A DNA stretch of 63,751 bases, counting the filler. It is 4 parts of 4 records of this genome, joined end to end, with 100 filler letters (N's around TTAATTAATTAA, not from the genome) between each part and the next. Parts side by side here need not be neighbours in the genome. Positions count along the whole stretch, not along the records: positions 27,727 to 45,973 come from SRR22947727_5831; positions 46,074 to 56,391 come from SRR22947727_5832; 2 more parts are not named here. The stretch is one strand, 5' to 3'. The notes below the pieces were generated by a model. It ran no database searches and was not told the origin of the DNA. It saw only the letters and a list, made by a program, of their open reading frames with translations. Positions 39,388-48,972 of the stretch are shown piece after piece; the stretch's first letter is position 1, and each line of letters starts with the position of its first letter. The translations under genes and the position numbers were made by a program.

Positions 39388-40752
39388 TTACAGACCTGCG
39401 ACGACTTCTAGCGCGGCGGCTAGGGTTTTTACGCCGTGGACTGTCATGTTGCCTAGCTTTTCTTTGGGGCTATTGGCAAAGGGTACTATGGCGTGTTTGA
39501 AGCCATGTTTGGCAGCTTCACGCATTCGCTCTTGACCATTGGCTACAGGGCGTAACTCTCCGGTTAGTCCTAGCTCACCAAATACAATTAGGTCTCTGGG
39601 TAATACGCGATCGCGGAATGAGCTGAGCACTGCCAACAATACTGCCAAGTCTGCGCCGGTCTCTGCGATGCGCACACCACCTACTACATTGGCAAAAACG
39701 TCTTGGTCGCCCAACGCTATGCCGCAATGCCGATGCAATACTGCCAAGTGCATGGCGAGTCTTTGTTGATCTAAACCTACCGCTACACGCTTGGGGTGAC
39801 CGCCGGCTACGTCATCTACCAGCGCCTGTAGTTCTACCAACAAAGGCCGAGTGCCTTCCCAGGTGACCGTGGCAATGCTGCCGGGAGAATCTACGTCGCC
39901 GCGCTGAAGAAATATGGCGGAAGGGTTGGCCACTTCTTTCATGCCCATATCGGTCATGGCAAAGACGCCTAGCTCGTTCACCGCGCCGAAACGATTTTTG
40001 TGTCCGCGCAGGGTTCTGAAGCGGCTGCCTGCTGGACTGTCTAGCATCATGAAGCAGTCGATCATATGTTCTAACACCTTGGGGCCAGCAATGCCGCCTT
40101 CTTTGGTGATGTGGCCTACCAGCACTATTACAACGTCTTTTTGTTTTGCCAAACGGGTAAAGTATGCGGCGGTTTCTTTTACTTGGGTAACCGAGCCTGG
40201 GGTGGAATCTACCGACTCCATTTGCATGACTTGTATGGAGTCTAGTATGACTACCGCTGGTTTTTGCTCTTCTATTAGATTGGCTATGATTTCTGCACGG
40301 GTCTCTGCTGCCACACTGAGGCCGTCTAACGGCAAGTTGAGGCGCTTGGCGCGCATGGCTAGCTGCTGCAATGATTCTTCGCCGGTGACATACAGTACGC
40401 CTTTGCTTTGGGCCAAAGTGGTACACGCTTGCAGCAGTAGGGTACTTTTACCTGCGCCGGGGTCGCCGCCAATTAACACCACGGAACCCGGTACGAAGCC
40501 GCCACCGAGGACGCGGTCTAACTCTTTAAAACCCGAGGCGATGCGCGGTGTTTCTAAAGCTTCTATTTCACTGAGTTTTTTCACTTGGGCGGTAACGCCT
40601 GCATAGCCTACGGCTGCATTGGCAATGGGCGTTATGTTGACTCGACTTAGGGTATTCCAAGCGTTACACGTACCGCACTGGCCCTGCCACTTGCCGTGCT
40701 CAGCGCCGCACTCTTCGCAAACAAACGCAGACTTAGTTTTACTCTTGGCCAT
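39388..40752 (-). CDS. radA: DNA repair protein RadA/Sms
   Basis: C4 zinc finger, GDPGAGKST, KNRFG and a Lon-like C-terminal domain. Confidence 0.97.
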   Translation of the reverse strand: MAKSKTKSAFVCEECGAEHGKWQGQCGTCNAWNTLSRVNITPIANAAVGYAGVTAQVKKLSEIEALETPRIASGFKELDRVLGGGFVPGSVVLIGGDPGAGKSTLLLQACTTLAQSKGVLYVTGEESLQQLAMRAKRLNLPLDGLSVAAETRAEIIANLIEEQKPAVVILDSIQVMQMESVDSTPGSVTQVKETAAYFTRLAKQKDVVIVLVGHITKEGGIAGPKVLEHMIDCFMMLDSPAGSRFRTLRGHKNRFGAVNELGVFAMTDMGMKEVANPSAIFLQRGDVDSPGSIATVTWEGTRPLLVELQALVDDVAGGHPKRVAVGLDQQRLAMHLAVLHRHCGIALGDQDVFANVVGGVRIAETGADLAVLLAVLSSFRDRVLPRDLIVFGELGLTGELRPVANGQERMREAAKHGFKHAIVPFANSPKEKLGNMTVHGVKTLAAALEVVAGL

Positions 40753-40808
40753 GTCGCCTTTTATCCGATTTCTTTCAACTGTTTGGGTAGCTAACGAGGC
40801 CGCTGATA

Positions 40809-42188
40809 TTACTCAGCAAAGTCGTTGTACATTTCGTGGGCGAGGTCTTCAAATTTGGTCAGGTTGCCGGTGAATTTCATCTTCACCTTACCGATGGGTC
40901 CATTACGCTGCTTGCCAATAATGATCTCTGCTAAACCAATATCTTCGCTGTTCTCGTTATACACCTCATCTCTGTAGATGAAGAGAATTACGTCGGCATC
41001 TTGCTCAATAGCGCCTGATTCGCGTAGGTCCGAGTTCATGGGGCGCTTGTCTGGCCGCGATTCTAACTGACGGTTGAGCTGAGAGAGTGCAATCACGGGG
41101 CAACTCATTTCTTTGGCCAAAGCTTTCAACGAGCGGGAAATTTCGGAAATTTCTGTAGCACGGTTTTCACTGGCTTTCGCCGTACGCATTAATTGCAGGT
41201 AATCGATTACGATCATGTCCAGACCACCGGCCTCTCGAGACACGCGTCGTGCTCGTGAGCGCACTTCGCCTGGGGTCAGCGCCGGGGTGTCGTCAATGTA
41301 AAGGCGCTTATCTTTCAACTGGCTCACCGCACCCGTGAAGCGGGTCCAATCTTCGTCTTTCAACTCACCGTTACGCAATCTCGTTTGGTCAATACGGCCT
41401 AGACTTGAAATCATACGCATGACAATTTGTTCGGCGGGCATTTCCATACTGAATACCAGCACAGCGCCACCAGACATCGCCGCGTGTTCAACCATGTTTA
41501 CCGCGAAAGCTGTTTTACCCATGGAAGGTCGTGCGGCTAAAATGACGAGATCCGAGGGTTGCCAGCCTGAAGTCTTTTTATCTAGGTCTTTAAACCCAGA
41601 GGAAACGCCGGTAATGGCGCCTTTAGAGGCAAAAAGAAATTCTACTTTCTCAACCGCTTTGGCCAACAACGGCGCAATTTTTTCTGGGCCATTTTCTTTA
41701 ACACGGTTTTCTGCAATTTGAAAAACCGACTGCTCGGCGAGTTCAAGTAGGGTATCGGTATCGCGTCCATCTGGCGTGAACGCCGAATCTACGATCTGAT
41801 TAGCCGCGCCAATTAGCTGACGCAAAACAGAACGCTCGCGGACAATTTTGCCGTAGGCCAAGATGTTACTGGTGCCCGGTGTAGATTCTGTCAGTTCTGC
41901 TAGATAGGCAATGCCGCCAGCTTTTTCTAGCAGGCCTCGTGATTGCAGACGCTCTGATACGGTCACCGCATCGAGGGGCGCATCATCAGTGGCTAACTCA
42001 TTCATGGCAGCAAAAATAATTTGGTGCTGGGTGCGATAAAAATCAGTGTCTGCCACCACCTCTATGAGATCAAACCAGGACTGGTCGTCTAGCATTAAGC
42101 CGCCAAGTACCGACTGCTCTGCCTCATTAGAATGGGGCGGCACTTTCAGCGCGCTTACGGCGTTATTTTCTGGGTCGTACTCAGACAT
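40809..42188 (-). CDS. dnaB: Replicative DNA helicase
   Basis: ARPSMGKT, DYLQLM and DLRESGAIEQDAD motifs. No intein. Confidence 0.98.
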   Translation of the reverse strand: MSEYDPENNAVSALKVPPHSNEAEQSVLGGLMLDDQSWFDLIEVVADTDFYRTQHQIIFAAMNELATDDAPLDAVTVSERLQSRGLLEKAGGIAYLAELTESTPGTSNILAYGKIVRERSVLRQLIGAANQIVDSAFTPDGRDTDTLLELAEQSVFQIAENRVKENGPEKIAPLLAKAVEKVEFLFASKGAITGVSSGFKDLDKKTSGWQPSDLVILAARPSMGKTAFAVNMVEHAAMSGGAVLVFSMEMPAEQIVMRMISSLGRIDQTRLRNGELKDEDWTRFTGAVSQLKDKRLYIDDTPALTPGEVRSRARRVSREAGGLDMIVIDYLQLMRTAKASENRATEISEISRSLKALAKEMSCPVIALSQLNRQLESRPDKRPMNSDLRESGAIEQDADVILFIYRDEVYNENSEDIGLAEIIIGKQRNGPIGKVKMKFTGNLTKFEDLAHEMYNDFAE

Positions 42189-42434
42189 GGGCGATTCAGT
42201 TCTTTAATTGCTACTTTTCTGGCGTCGAATATTCGAACGGGGCTTGGCGCTTATTTTGCGACTAGAACGGCGAAAAAGTCAGCAGGTCACTCTTTAATAT
42301 GGGATAGGGAGATTGAGCAGTAAACGCTGGGATTGCAACCCATTGAGTTGATGGCTTAGCGTTACCTGCATCGGAATTCTACAAATTGGCGTTCGCGCTT
42401 TGCTAAATAAGCATTTAGTTAAACGCTTTTTTGC

Positions 42435-42475
42435 TGAAGATGGCCCCAATGCATGCAAGCACCGGGGCACCTTCA
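42435..42475 (-). terminator. Hairpin downstream of rplI
   Basis: TGAAGGTG-CCCCGGTGC-TTGCAT-GCATTGGGG-C-CATCTTCA. No clear U-tract. Confidence 0.5.
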
Positions 42476-42499
42476 CAATAGATCTATTTAATCTATCGG

Positions 42500-42946
42500 C
42501 TACTCTTCAACAACAGCGACTTTAATGCCTGCTGTTACGTCAGAGTGAAGTTGTACGGCGATTTCGTACTCACCAAGGGCGCGGATAGCACCGTCTGGTA
42601 GGCGAACTTCGCTACGCTCTACTTCATGGCCATCGGCTACTAGGGCATCTGCGATGTCCTGAGTACCAACGGAGCCGTATAAACGACCTTCTTCGCCAGA
42701 TTTAACCATGATGGTCAAGATGTGGCCTTCGATCTTCTCTGCGCGAGCCTTAGCTTCGCCCAATATGCCTTGCGCTTTCGCTTCTAGCTCAGAGCGACGT
42801 TGCTCAAAAACTTCACGATTAGCGTTATTCGCTTGAACAGCTTTGGCATTTGGAATTAGGTAGTTACGTGCAAAGCCCGGCTTTACAGAAACTTCATCAC
42901 CCAAATCACCAAGATTGTTTACGCGTTCTAATAATATAACGTTCAT
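42500..42946 (-). CDS. rplI: 50S ribosomal protein bL9
   Basis: VKPGFARNYLIP and GRLYGSV motifs. Confidence 0.98.
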   Translation of the reverse strand: MNVILLERVNNLGDLGDEVSVKPGFARNYLIPNAKAVQANNANREVFEQRRSELEAKAQGILGEAKARAEKIEGHILTIMVKSGEEGRLYGSVGTQDIADALVADGHEVERSEVRLPDGAIRALGEYEIAVQLHSDVTAGIKVAVVEE

Positions 42947-42965
42947 TGACTTTCCTTATGCCCGC

Positions 42966-43184
42966 TTATTTATGCTGGTCGGTATAAGGCAACAATGCCA
43001 AATATCTAGCGCGCTTAACTTCTTTTGCAAGATTACGCTGGAATCGGGCTGTTGCGCCGGTGATACGACTAGGAACGATTTTTCCGGTTTCACCAATAAA
43101 CTGCTTCAGTGAATCCAAATCTTTGTAATCCACTTCAATTTCTTTGAACTGGACTTGTACTCTTCTGCCACCGCCTCTCATCAT
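42966..43184 (-). CDS. rpsR: 30S ribosomal protein bS18
   Basis: [22 protein letters not shown] and [11 protein letters not shown] motifs. Confidence 0.96.
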   Translation of the reverse strand: MMRGGGRRVQVQFKEIEVDYKDLDSLKQFIGETGKIVPSRITGATARFQRNLAKEVKRARYLALLPYTDQHK

Positions 43185-43663
43185 GATGCTTCTCCTTCAA
43201 CTGCGGGTGCTTCTGCTGCGGCTTCGGGCGCCACTTCAGCTTCTTCTGCAGCAGGTGCTTCTTCAGCAGCTGGCTCTGCGGCTCTGCTAGCAGACTCTTC
43301 TTCGCGACGACGGTCGCGTTCACGATCTTTCTCTTTGTCGCGCAACTCTTCTTCGTAAATCTTAGAGTTACCCGTTACAGGGCCTTTACGTCTGATCACC
43401 ATGCTGCGGATCACTGCATCGTTAAAGCGGAATGCGCTTTCTAGCTCATCAAGAATTTCTTGACCCACTTCAATGTTGAGCATGATGTAGTGTGCTTTGT
43501 GCACTTTGTTAATTGGGAAAGCCAGTTGGCGACGGCCCCAGTCTTCGGTTCTATGAACCGTGCCGTTACCGCGTTCTATCATCCCGTGATAGCGTTCGAT
43601 CATACTTGGTACTTGATCGCTCTGATCAGGGTGTACCATAAAAACAATTTCATAATGTCGCAT
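43181..43663 (-). CDS. rpsF: 30S ribosomal protein bS6
   Basis: [15 protein letters not shown] and [10 protein letters not shown] motifs, plus a long acidic tail. Confidence 0.98.
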   Translation of the reverse strand: MRHYEIVFMVHPDQSDQVPSMIERYHGMIERGNGTVHRTEDWGRRQLAFPINKVHKAHYIMLNIEVGQEILDELESAFRFNDAVIRSMVIRRKGPVTGNSKIYEEELRDKEKDRERDRRREEESASRAAEPAAEEAPAAEEAEVAPEAAAEAPAVEGEAS

Positions 43664-43669
43664 TGCGCT

Positions 43670-43717
43670 TCCTTATGGTTGACGTCAGTCAAGCTGACGA
43701 GTTGCCTCCAAGGATTT
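43670..43717 (-). promoter_or_regulatory. S6:S18 ribosomal protein leader
   Basis: TCCTT...CCA-TAAGGA hairpin sequestering the SD, with an unpaired CCR and inner stem CGTCAG/CTGACG. Confidence 0.7.
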
Positions 43718-43781
43718 AAGCTTTCGCTACCATTGTGAAGCAAGGATGAGTCCCGCCAAGCCTAAAACTTTGCGGGCGCGC

Positions 43782-43810
43782 ATTGTAGGCGGCCCTGCAC
43801 TGGCGCGCAA
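43782..43810 (-). promoter_or_regulatory. Sigma70 promoter of the rpsF operon
   Basis: TTGCGC-N17-TACAAT followed by the GC-rich discriminator GCGCGCCCGC. Confidence 0.7.
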
Positions 43811-43930
43811 GGCCTTTGATTCGGTTTAAAGCCACGGTTTAGCGAGGCTTTTGCGTAAGTTTGCTTGGTATCAACACTGCTTTTGGGGTTTCACTTATTG
43901 GGGTAATAGACCTGCAACCAACAATGCAGA

Positions 43931-44686
43931 CTAGGGAGCGACGGTTTTTGCTGCAACTGTCCGTTGACGGACCATTTCATACAAAAGTACGCCGGTGGCT
44001 ACCGATACGTTTAGGCTCTCAACGCTGCCAAACATTGGGATACTGACCAAGTGATCGCACAGACTTCGAGTTAACCGGCGTAAGCCTTTACCTTCGCTGC
44101 CCATGACCAGAGCGGTGGGGCCTTTTGAGTCCATGGTATCCCAGACAGTACCGCCCTCTCCATCGGCGCCAAGTACCCAGACACCTTGGCCTTGCAACCA
44201 GGCAATGGTTCGAGCCAGATTGGTCACTTGGACTAAAAACAAATCTTCCGCGCCGCCTTGAGCGGTTTTTAACACCACCGGGCTTAAGGGCGCGCTGTTA
44301 CGCTTGGGCATGATCACCGCATCAACGCCGGCGGCATTGGCTGTGCGCAGGCAAGCGCCCAAATTACGCGGGTCTGTTATCTCATCTAAAATCAAAATCA
44401 GCGGCTCACTACCAAATTCCGGCCACTTATCTTTCAGATCTTTTTCGTCGGCCAAAGTACGCGAATGACACTCAAGTAATACGCCTTGGTGCGACACGTC
44501 GGGGACGCGGCGTCGAAACCAAACCTCTTCCATGGTCTGAAAACGCACGCTGGCTTCGCGCGCCAGACTAATGAGTTCGTTGTAGCGGGCATCACGACGG
44601 CCTTTCATTAAATAGAGACAACGCGCCAATGCTGGTGCTTCCCGTAGCGCAGCTCTCACCGCCTGAATTCCTACCACTTCATCCAT
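43931..44686 (-). CDS. rlmB: 23S rRNA Gm2251 methyltransferase
   Basis: DPRNLGACLR, GSEGKG and SLNVSVA SPOUT motifs. Follows rnr. Confidence 0.95.
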   Translation of the reverse strand: MDEVVGIQAVRAALREAPALARCLYLMKGRRDARYNELISLAREASVRFQTMEEVWFRRRVPDVSHQGVLLECHSRTLADEKDLKDKWPEFGSEPLILILDEITDPRNLGACLRTANAAGVDAVIMPKRNSAPLSPVVLKTAQGGAEDLFLVQVTNLARTIAWLQGQGVWVLGADGEGGTVWDTMDSKGPTALVMGSEGKGLRRLTRSLCDHLVSIPMFGSVESLNVSVATGVLLYEMVRQRTVAAKTVAP

Positions 44687-44819
44687 CTAAATAAACTCGC
44701 TCTCTACTTTTATAACTTTTATAACTTTTAGGTCTTTGATCGTTGGGCTAAAACTGACCAAGCGCGTGCTGGCAGATTATCCAACGGTTGGTCGGTATTA
44801 CTCGCTAACCAAACAGGCT

Positions 44820-45973
44820 TTAACTTTTATCTGCAAACTTGCTGCGGGGCTTTGCCCTGACCTTTTTCTTTACTTTTTTCTTGCCCACATCGGCGTTGCT
44901 TTTGCCCTTCTTCTTTTTCTTTGGCTTCTTAGTGGGGCTAGATTCCACAGCAGGGTTTTCTGTTTCTAGGGTGGCCGCTTCAACCCTACGCCTGCGCCGG
45001 CTTTCCCTGCTACCTGAAGTGCTGTCTTCTGGGCCAGTCTCAGTAGGCGCTGCTTCGGCTTTCGCTTTGATCTTGCGCTTGCTGGCTGCCCACGGGTCGT
45101 TGGCATCTAAGACTGCCTCTTCTGGGCTTTTTTGCTCAGGGCTGTTTTTACTCTCAGAACGCTCAAGGCTGTTTTTCCTTCGGCTCTTAACTTTACGTCG
45201 ATCATTGCCGCTCCCTGCATTGGGTGGAAGGCGCAGCTCAATTTTCCCTTGGGGCGGCTCTACATTAACCACCACTACTTCTATTTCATCACCTAGGGTG
45301 AAGCGCTTGCCGTTGCGCTCTCCGTACAGACATTGGTTGCGTCGGTCGTAACGGAAGTAGTCGGATCCTAGATCTGAAATATGCAAAAGACCTTGCACAT
45401 AATAGTCTTCCATCTCAATAAACAGGCCAAACTCGGTGACTGTGGCAATGGTGCCGCTCACTGTCTCACCCACGTGCTGACGCAACAGCTCGCACTTGAG
45501 CCAGGCTTCAACGGTCCAGCCTGCAGATTCTGCGCGGCGCTCGTTGTTGGAACAGACCTCACCAAGGGCCGCCAACTTCTCGTCGTCTGGCACCCACTTA
45601 CTGCGGTTTTTATCCACTTGTAAAATGGCCTTAATCGCTCGGTGCACCAACAAATCTGGATAGCGCCGGATTGGGCTTGTGAAGTGCATGTAGCGCTCTA
45701 AACCCAGACCAAAGTGGCCTTTATTTTCTGGCGTATAAACAGCTTGCTTCATGCTGCGCAGGACCAATTGCTGGTAAAGCCAGCCATTGGGCTTTTCTGC
45801 CATTTCGCCGAGCAGCGTTTTGTAAATCAGTGAACTAGGCACGCCTTGCGGAATGCTCAGTCCAATAGACATTAGGTCTTGGCGAAGCTCCTCCAATTTT
45901 AGGGAGTCTGGTCTATCGTGAACCCGGTACAACGATCTGCTTTCGTTTTCCTCAATAAATGCTGCGGCGCATA
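44820..45973 (-). CDS. rnr: Ribonuclease R (5' truncated)
   Basis: HFTSPIRRYPDL, S1 domain and a basic C-terminal tail. Confidence 0.95.
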
Positions 45974-46073
45974 NNNNNNNNNNNNNNNNNNNNNNNNNNN
46001 NNNNNNNNNNNNNNNNNTTAATTAATTAANNNNNNNNNNNNNNNNNNNNNNNNNNNNNNNNNNNNNNNNNNNN
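45974..46073. other. Artificial contig spacer
   Basis: N44-TTAATTAATTAA-N44. Confidence 0.99.
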
Positions 46074-46094
46074 CTTTGCGGTTACGGCAGCCAT
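46074..46094 (-). CDS. tsf: Elongation factor Ts, first 7 codons (truncated)
   Basis: MAAVTAK directly downstream of rpsB. Confidence 0.75.
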
Positions 46095-46179
46095 CGGATT
46101 TAAGGGAGATAAAAAGGAAACATGAATCGCCACCAATCTGCAAAGCAGATCGGCGGCGAGAACTTAGCGGACGAAAGGC

Positions 46180-46899
46180 TTAAGCCTCGTAATCGTCTCC
46201 GCCTCTTTGCTCATTAGAGCCATGGCGGCCTTCATTGATCGCATCAGCCAAGCGACCAAGGACGAGTTGAACAGATCGGACTGCATCGTCGTTGCAAGGG
46301 ATCGGCACCTCACAGAGATCGGGATCGCAATTGGTATCCAACATCGACACCAACGGGATGTCCAGTTTGCGTGCTTCGAGCACGGCGTTGGATTCCCGAC
46401 GCTGGTCAACCAAAACAACAACGTCAGGAAGACGACGCATGGTCTTCAGACCACCGAGGTATTTCTGAAGACGCTCAAGTTCCCGACGGAGAACAGCTCC
46501 TTCTTTTTTAGGGCGCATCGCAATGGCACCACTGGACTCCATGCGTTCGAGGTCTTTCAGACGATCGATACGCGCTTTCATGGTGGTCCAGTTGGTGAGC
46601 ATGCCGCCCAGCCAACGCTGGTTGACATAGGCCGCGCCACAACGGGCGGCTTCCAAAGCAACCACCTCAGAGGCCTGCTTTTTGGTACCAACGAACAGAA
46701 AACGTTTGCCGCTACGCGCTGCAGAACGGGTCCACTTGTATGCATTGTTCATGCATACAGCGGTTTTAACCAAGTCAATGATGTGGACACCATTGCGCGC
46801 GCAATAGATGTAGCGCGACATCTTGGGATTCCAACGACGGGTTTGGTGCCCAAAGTGGGCACCCGCCTCCATCATTTCGGAGAGAGTGACAACAGCCAT
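46180..46899 (-). CDS. rpsB: 30S ribosomal protein uS2
   Basis: [15 protein letters not shown] and RWLGGMLTN motifs. Confidence 0.98.
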   Translation of the reverse strand: MAVVTLSEMMEAGAHFGHQTRRWNPKMSRYIYCARNGVHIIDLVKTAVCMNNAYKWTRSAARSGKRFLFVGTKKQASEVVALEAARCGAAYVNQRWLGGMLTNWTTMKARIDRLKDLERMESSGAIAMRPKKEGAVLRRELERLQKYLGGLKTMRRLPDVVVLVDQRRESNAVLEARKLDIPLVSMLDTNCDPDLCEVPIPCNDDAVRSVQLVLGRLADAINEGRHGSNEQRGGDDYEA

Positions 46900-46904
46900 G
46901 GTTT

Positions 46905-46999
46905 AAGGGTTTCGGGTTCGCCTCCACCTGCCAGGGACTGAACAATCACGACCAGGGCCGAAAAACCGTTCAAGTACACCCGAAACGGGCAAGTGTGCG
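46905..46999 (-). promoter_or_regulatory. rpsB (S2) leader RNA
   Basis: CACACTTGCC...GGCAGGTGGAGG long-range stem and a GTTTCGGGT/ACCCGAAAC pairing upstream of rpsB. Confidence 0.7.
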
Positions 47000-47037
47000 G
47001 AATAGGGGACCCTCTGACGGTACCAAATCGATTGCTT

Positions 47038-47970
47038 TCAGTGCAGTCCTTCCGCCTCTGCCACTTGAAAAAGAGTACGCACGCCAATCCTGTTCAAAGG
47101 AAGACGCAGCAGCTCCATCGCTGTGCCCGGATAACCGTTGTGAATCAACCAACGCAGCGTCGGTCGAAGACTGTGCTGATTCACCAAACCCCCAAGCGTT
47201 AAAACCTCCCAGAGCAGTCGATGCAACCAAGTGAACTGAATGATGAAGCGCACACGACGGGTGGGGTGCTTCCGAAAGAAGACAAGTCCCATCCGAGCCC
47301 GTTCACCCTCTACACGAATCAAATTGGGAATCTGATCAAGCGTGAGCGCTGGATGCCAGTGATACCCAACAGCCTCTGGACATTTGATCAAGCCAACCCC
47401 CATCCGCCGTAGACGTTCCCCCAATTCCAGGTCTTCCCATCCGTACAAACGAAACGAACAATCAAACAAGCCTGAGCGCTCCAAAACTCCACGGTCGATC
47501 GCCACATTGCCTGTCGCGAAGTAGGCCCATGAGAGATCTCGAAGCTTGTGGCGTTCTGATGTGGGGTCTTCAAAATTCGCTGTGTTCACCACAGCCCCGT
47601 AGGTGAAGCAAAGCCGATTGCCACGCTGATCCCAACTCCGTTGCAAGGCTTTGGCATGACAGGCCAAAAACGACTCTGTTACCACCAGATCACTATCGAT
47701 AAAGACGATCACATCACCCTTGGCGTGATCCACGCCTCGATTACGCCCTTCCGCAGGACCACCGTGCTGCTGTTCCACCAACCGAACATGGGGGAAACGA
47801 TCCACGTGCCCGCGTAGCCAGGCGGGGGTGCCATCTGTGGATCCGTCATCGACGACGACCACCTCGTACTGATCAAGGGGGCCCGCTACGCGCTGCCGCT
47901 CCAATGCATCGAGACACTTCTCGAGAATCGGCCTGCGGTTGTAGGTCGGAATAACGACGCTTACGAACAT
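47038..47970 (-). CDS. GT2-family glycosyltransferase
   Basis: SVVIPTYNR, VDDGSTD, DSD and GWED motifs. Confidence 0.93.
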   Translation of the reverse strand: MFVSVVIPTYNRRPILEKCLDALERQRVAGPLDQYEVVVVDDGSTDGTPAWLRGHVDRFPHVRLVEQQHGGPAEGRNRGVDHAKGDVIVFIDSDLVVTESFLACHAKALQRSWDQRGNRLCFTYGAVVNTANFEDPTSERHKLRDLSWAYFATGNVAIDRGVLERSGLFDCSFRLYGWEDLELGERLRRMGVGLIKCPEAVGYHWHPALTLDQIPNLIRVEGERARMGLVFFRKHPTRRVRFIIQFTWLHRLLWEVLTLGGLVNQHSLRPTLRWLIHNGYPGTAMELLRLPLNRIGVRTLFQVAEAEGLH

Positions 47971-48010
47971 CGCGACAGCCGAAGCAACAAGACCACCAGC
48001 CTACGGACAC

Positions 48011-48039
48011 AAAAAAAGGGGTCCGAAGATCCCCTTTTT
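48011..48039 (-). terminator. Rho-independent terminator
   Basis: AAAAAGGGGATC-TTCG-GACCCCTTTTTTT. Confidence 0.88.
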
Positions 48040-48071
48040 CAAATTTGATCGTGAACGACCCATGGAACCGA

Positions 48072-48227
48072 TCAATCGGCGGCGCCGCCGTTGTTCGCAG
48101 TACCTGTAACGCCGTTACCAGCACCTTCTCCACGGCCGTCGTTACGCATCTTGCGCTTTTTGAACTTGCGCGCATAAGCGCGGTTGCGCTCCTGTTTCTC
48201 TTTCTTCAGGTTTCTGCGCTTGGCCAT
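48072..48227 (-). CDS. 51-aa highly basic small protein (absent from the ORF track)
   Basis: MAKRRNLKKEKQERNRAYARKFKKRKMRNDGRGEGAGNGVTGTANNGGAAD*, followed by its own terminator. Confidence 0.8.
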   Translation of the reverse strand: MAKRRNLKKEKQERNRAYARKFKKRKMRNDGRGEGAGNGVTGTANNGGAAD

Positions 48228-48260
48228 CCGTTGATGTCACTTTCAATTTCAATCATCTTA

Positions 48261-48971
48261 CTAAACAGCAGGCAATAAACAGCCATCTTCCATTTCGAGA
48301 AGTCGGTCGGCCACATCCAGAATGCGCGGATCATGGGTCACCATCAACACTGCACACGCTTGCTCCCGAGCCAGTTTCTTGAGCAGATCCACCACTTCTC
48401 GTCCGGTTCTGCTGTCCAATGCTGCGGTGGGTTCATCAGCCAAAAGCAAACGTGGATGGGCGGCCAGGGCACGGGCAATCGCTACACGTTGTTTTTGACC
48501 ACCGGACAAATCATGGGGCAACTGACCCATTTGCTGATCGTCCAAACCAACCGCCCTTAGCCAGGTACGGGCTTCATTCCTTCGCGCCCGATAGGTGAGA
48601 TCTGGCAACAGATCCGCACCCATTTGCACGTTCTGTTCTGCCGTAAGGCACCGCAACAGGTTGTGGCCCTGGAAAATCATGCCAATGCGACGGCGCACTT
48701 GTTGGCGGCTGCGACGTCCGGCGCCGTCTAATCGTTGACCGAGCACATTCACCGACCCCTGTTGCACCGTGCGTAAAGCACCAATCAAGGTGAGCAGGGT
48801 TGTTTTGCCGCATCCCGAGGGTCCTGTTAGCAACACAACCTCTCCGGGATTGATCCGCAGGGAAATGTTCTCGAGGACCTGACGGCGCATCGAACCCTGA
48901 CCGAAGGAATGGCTCAAGGTGTCAATCGACACCGCCGCCGGCGCCGAATCAAAGTTGAGAGCAACAGACAT
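48261..48971 (-). CDS. devA: DevA-family ABC exporter ATPase
   Basis: GPSGCGKTT, LSGGQKQRV and ADEPT motifs. Confidence 0.9.
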   Translation of the reverse strand: MSVALNFDSAPAAVSIDTLSHSFGQGSMRRQVLENISLRINPGEVVLLTGPSGCGKTTLLTLIGALRTVQQGSVNVLGQRLDGAGRRSRQQVRRRIGMIFQGHNLLRCLTAEQNVQMGADLLPDLTYRARRNEARTWLRAVGLDDQQMGQLPHDLSGGQKQRVAIARALAAHPRLLLADEPTAALDSRTGREVVDLLKKLAREQACAVLMVTHDPRILDVADRLLEMEDGCLLPAV

Positions 48972-48972
48972 G

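Noticed and set aside
39812-40606. Long alternative ORFs over radA
   Set aside because: Frame and antisense shadows of a conserved gene.
40753-40808. No alr between dnaB and radA
   Set aside because: This gene order varies widely, so absence here is not informative.
44706-44730. ACTTTTATA tandem repeat (about 2.8 copies) upstream of rlmB
   Set aside because: Short slippage-type repeat with no supportable function.
46207-46941. 244-aa ORF antisense to rpsB
   Set aside because: Expected shadow of strong codon bias in a highly expressed gene.
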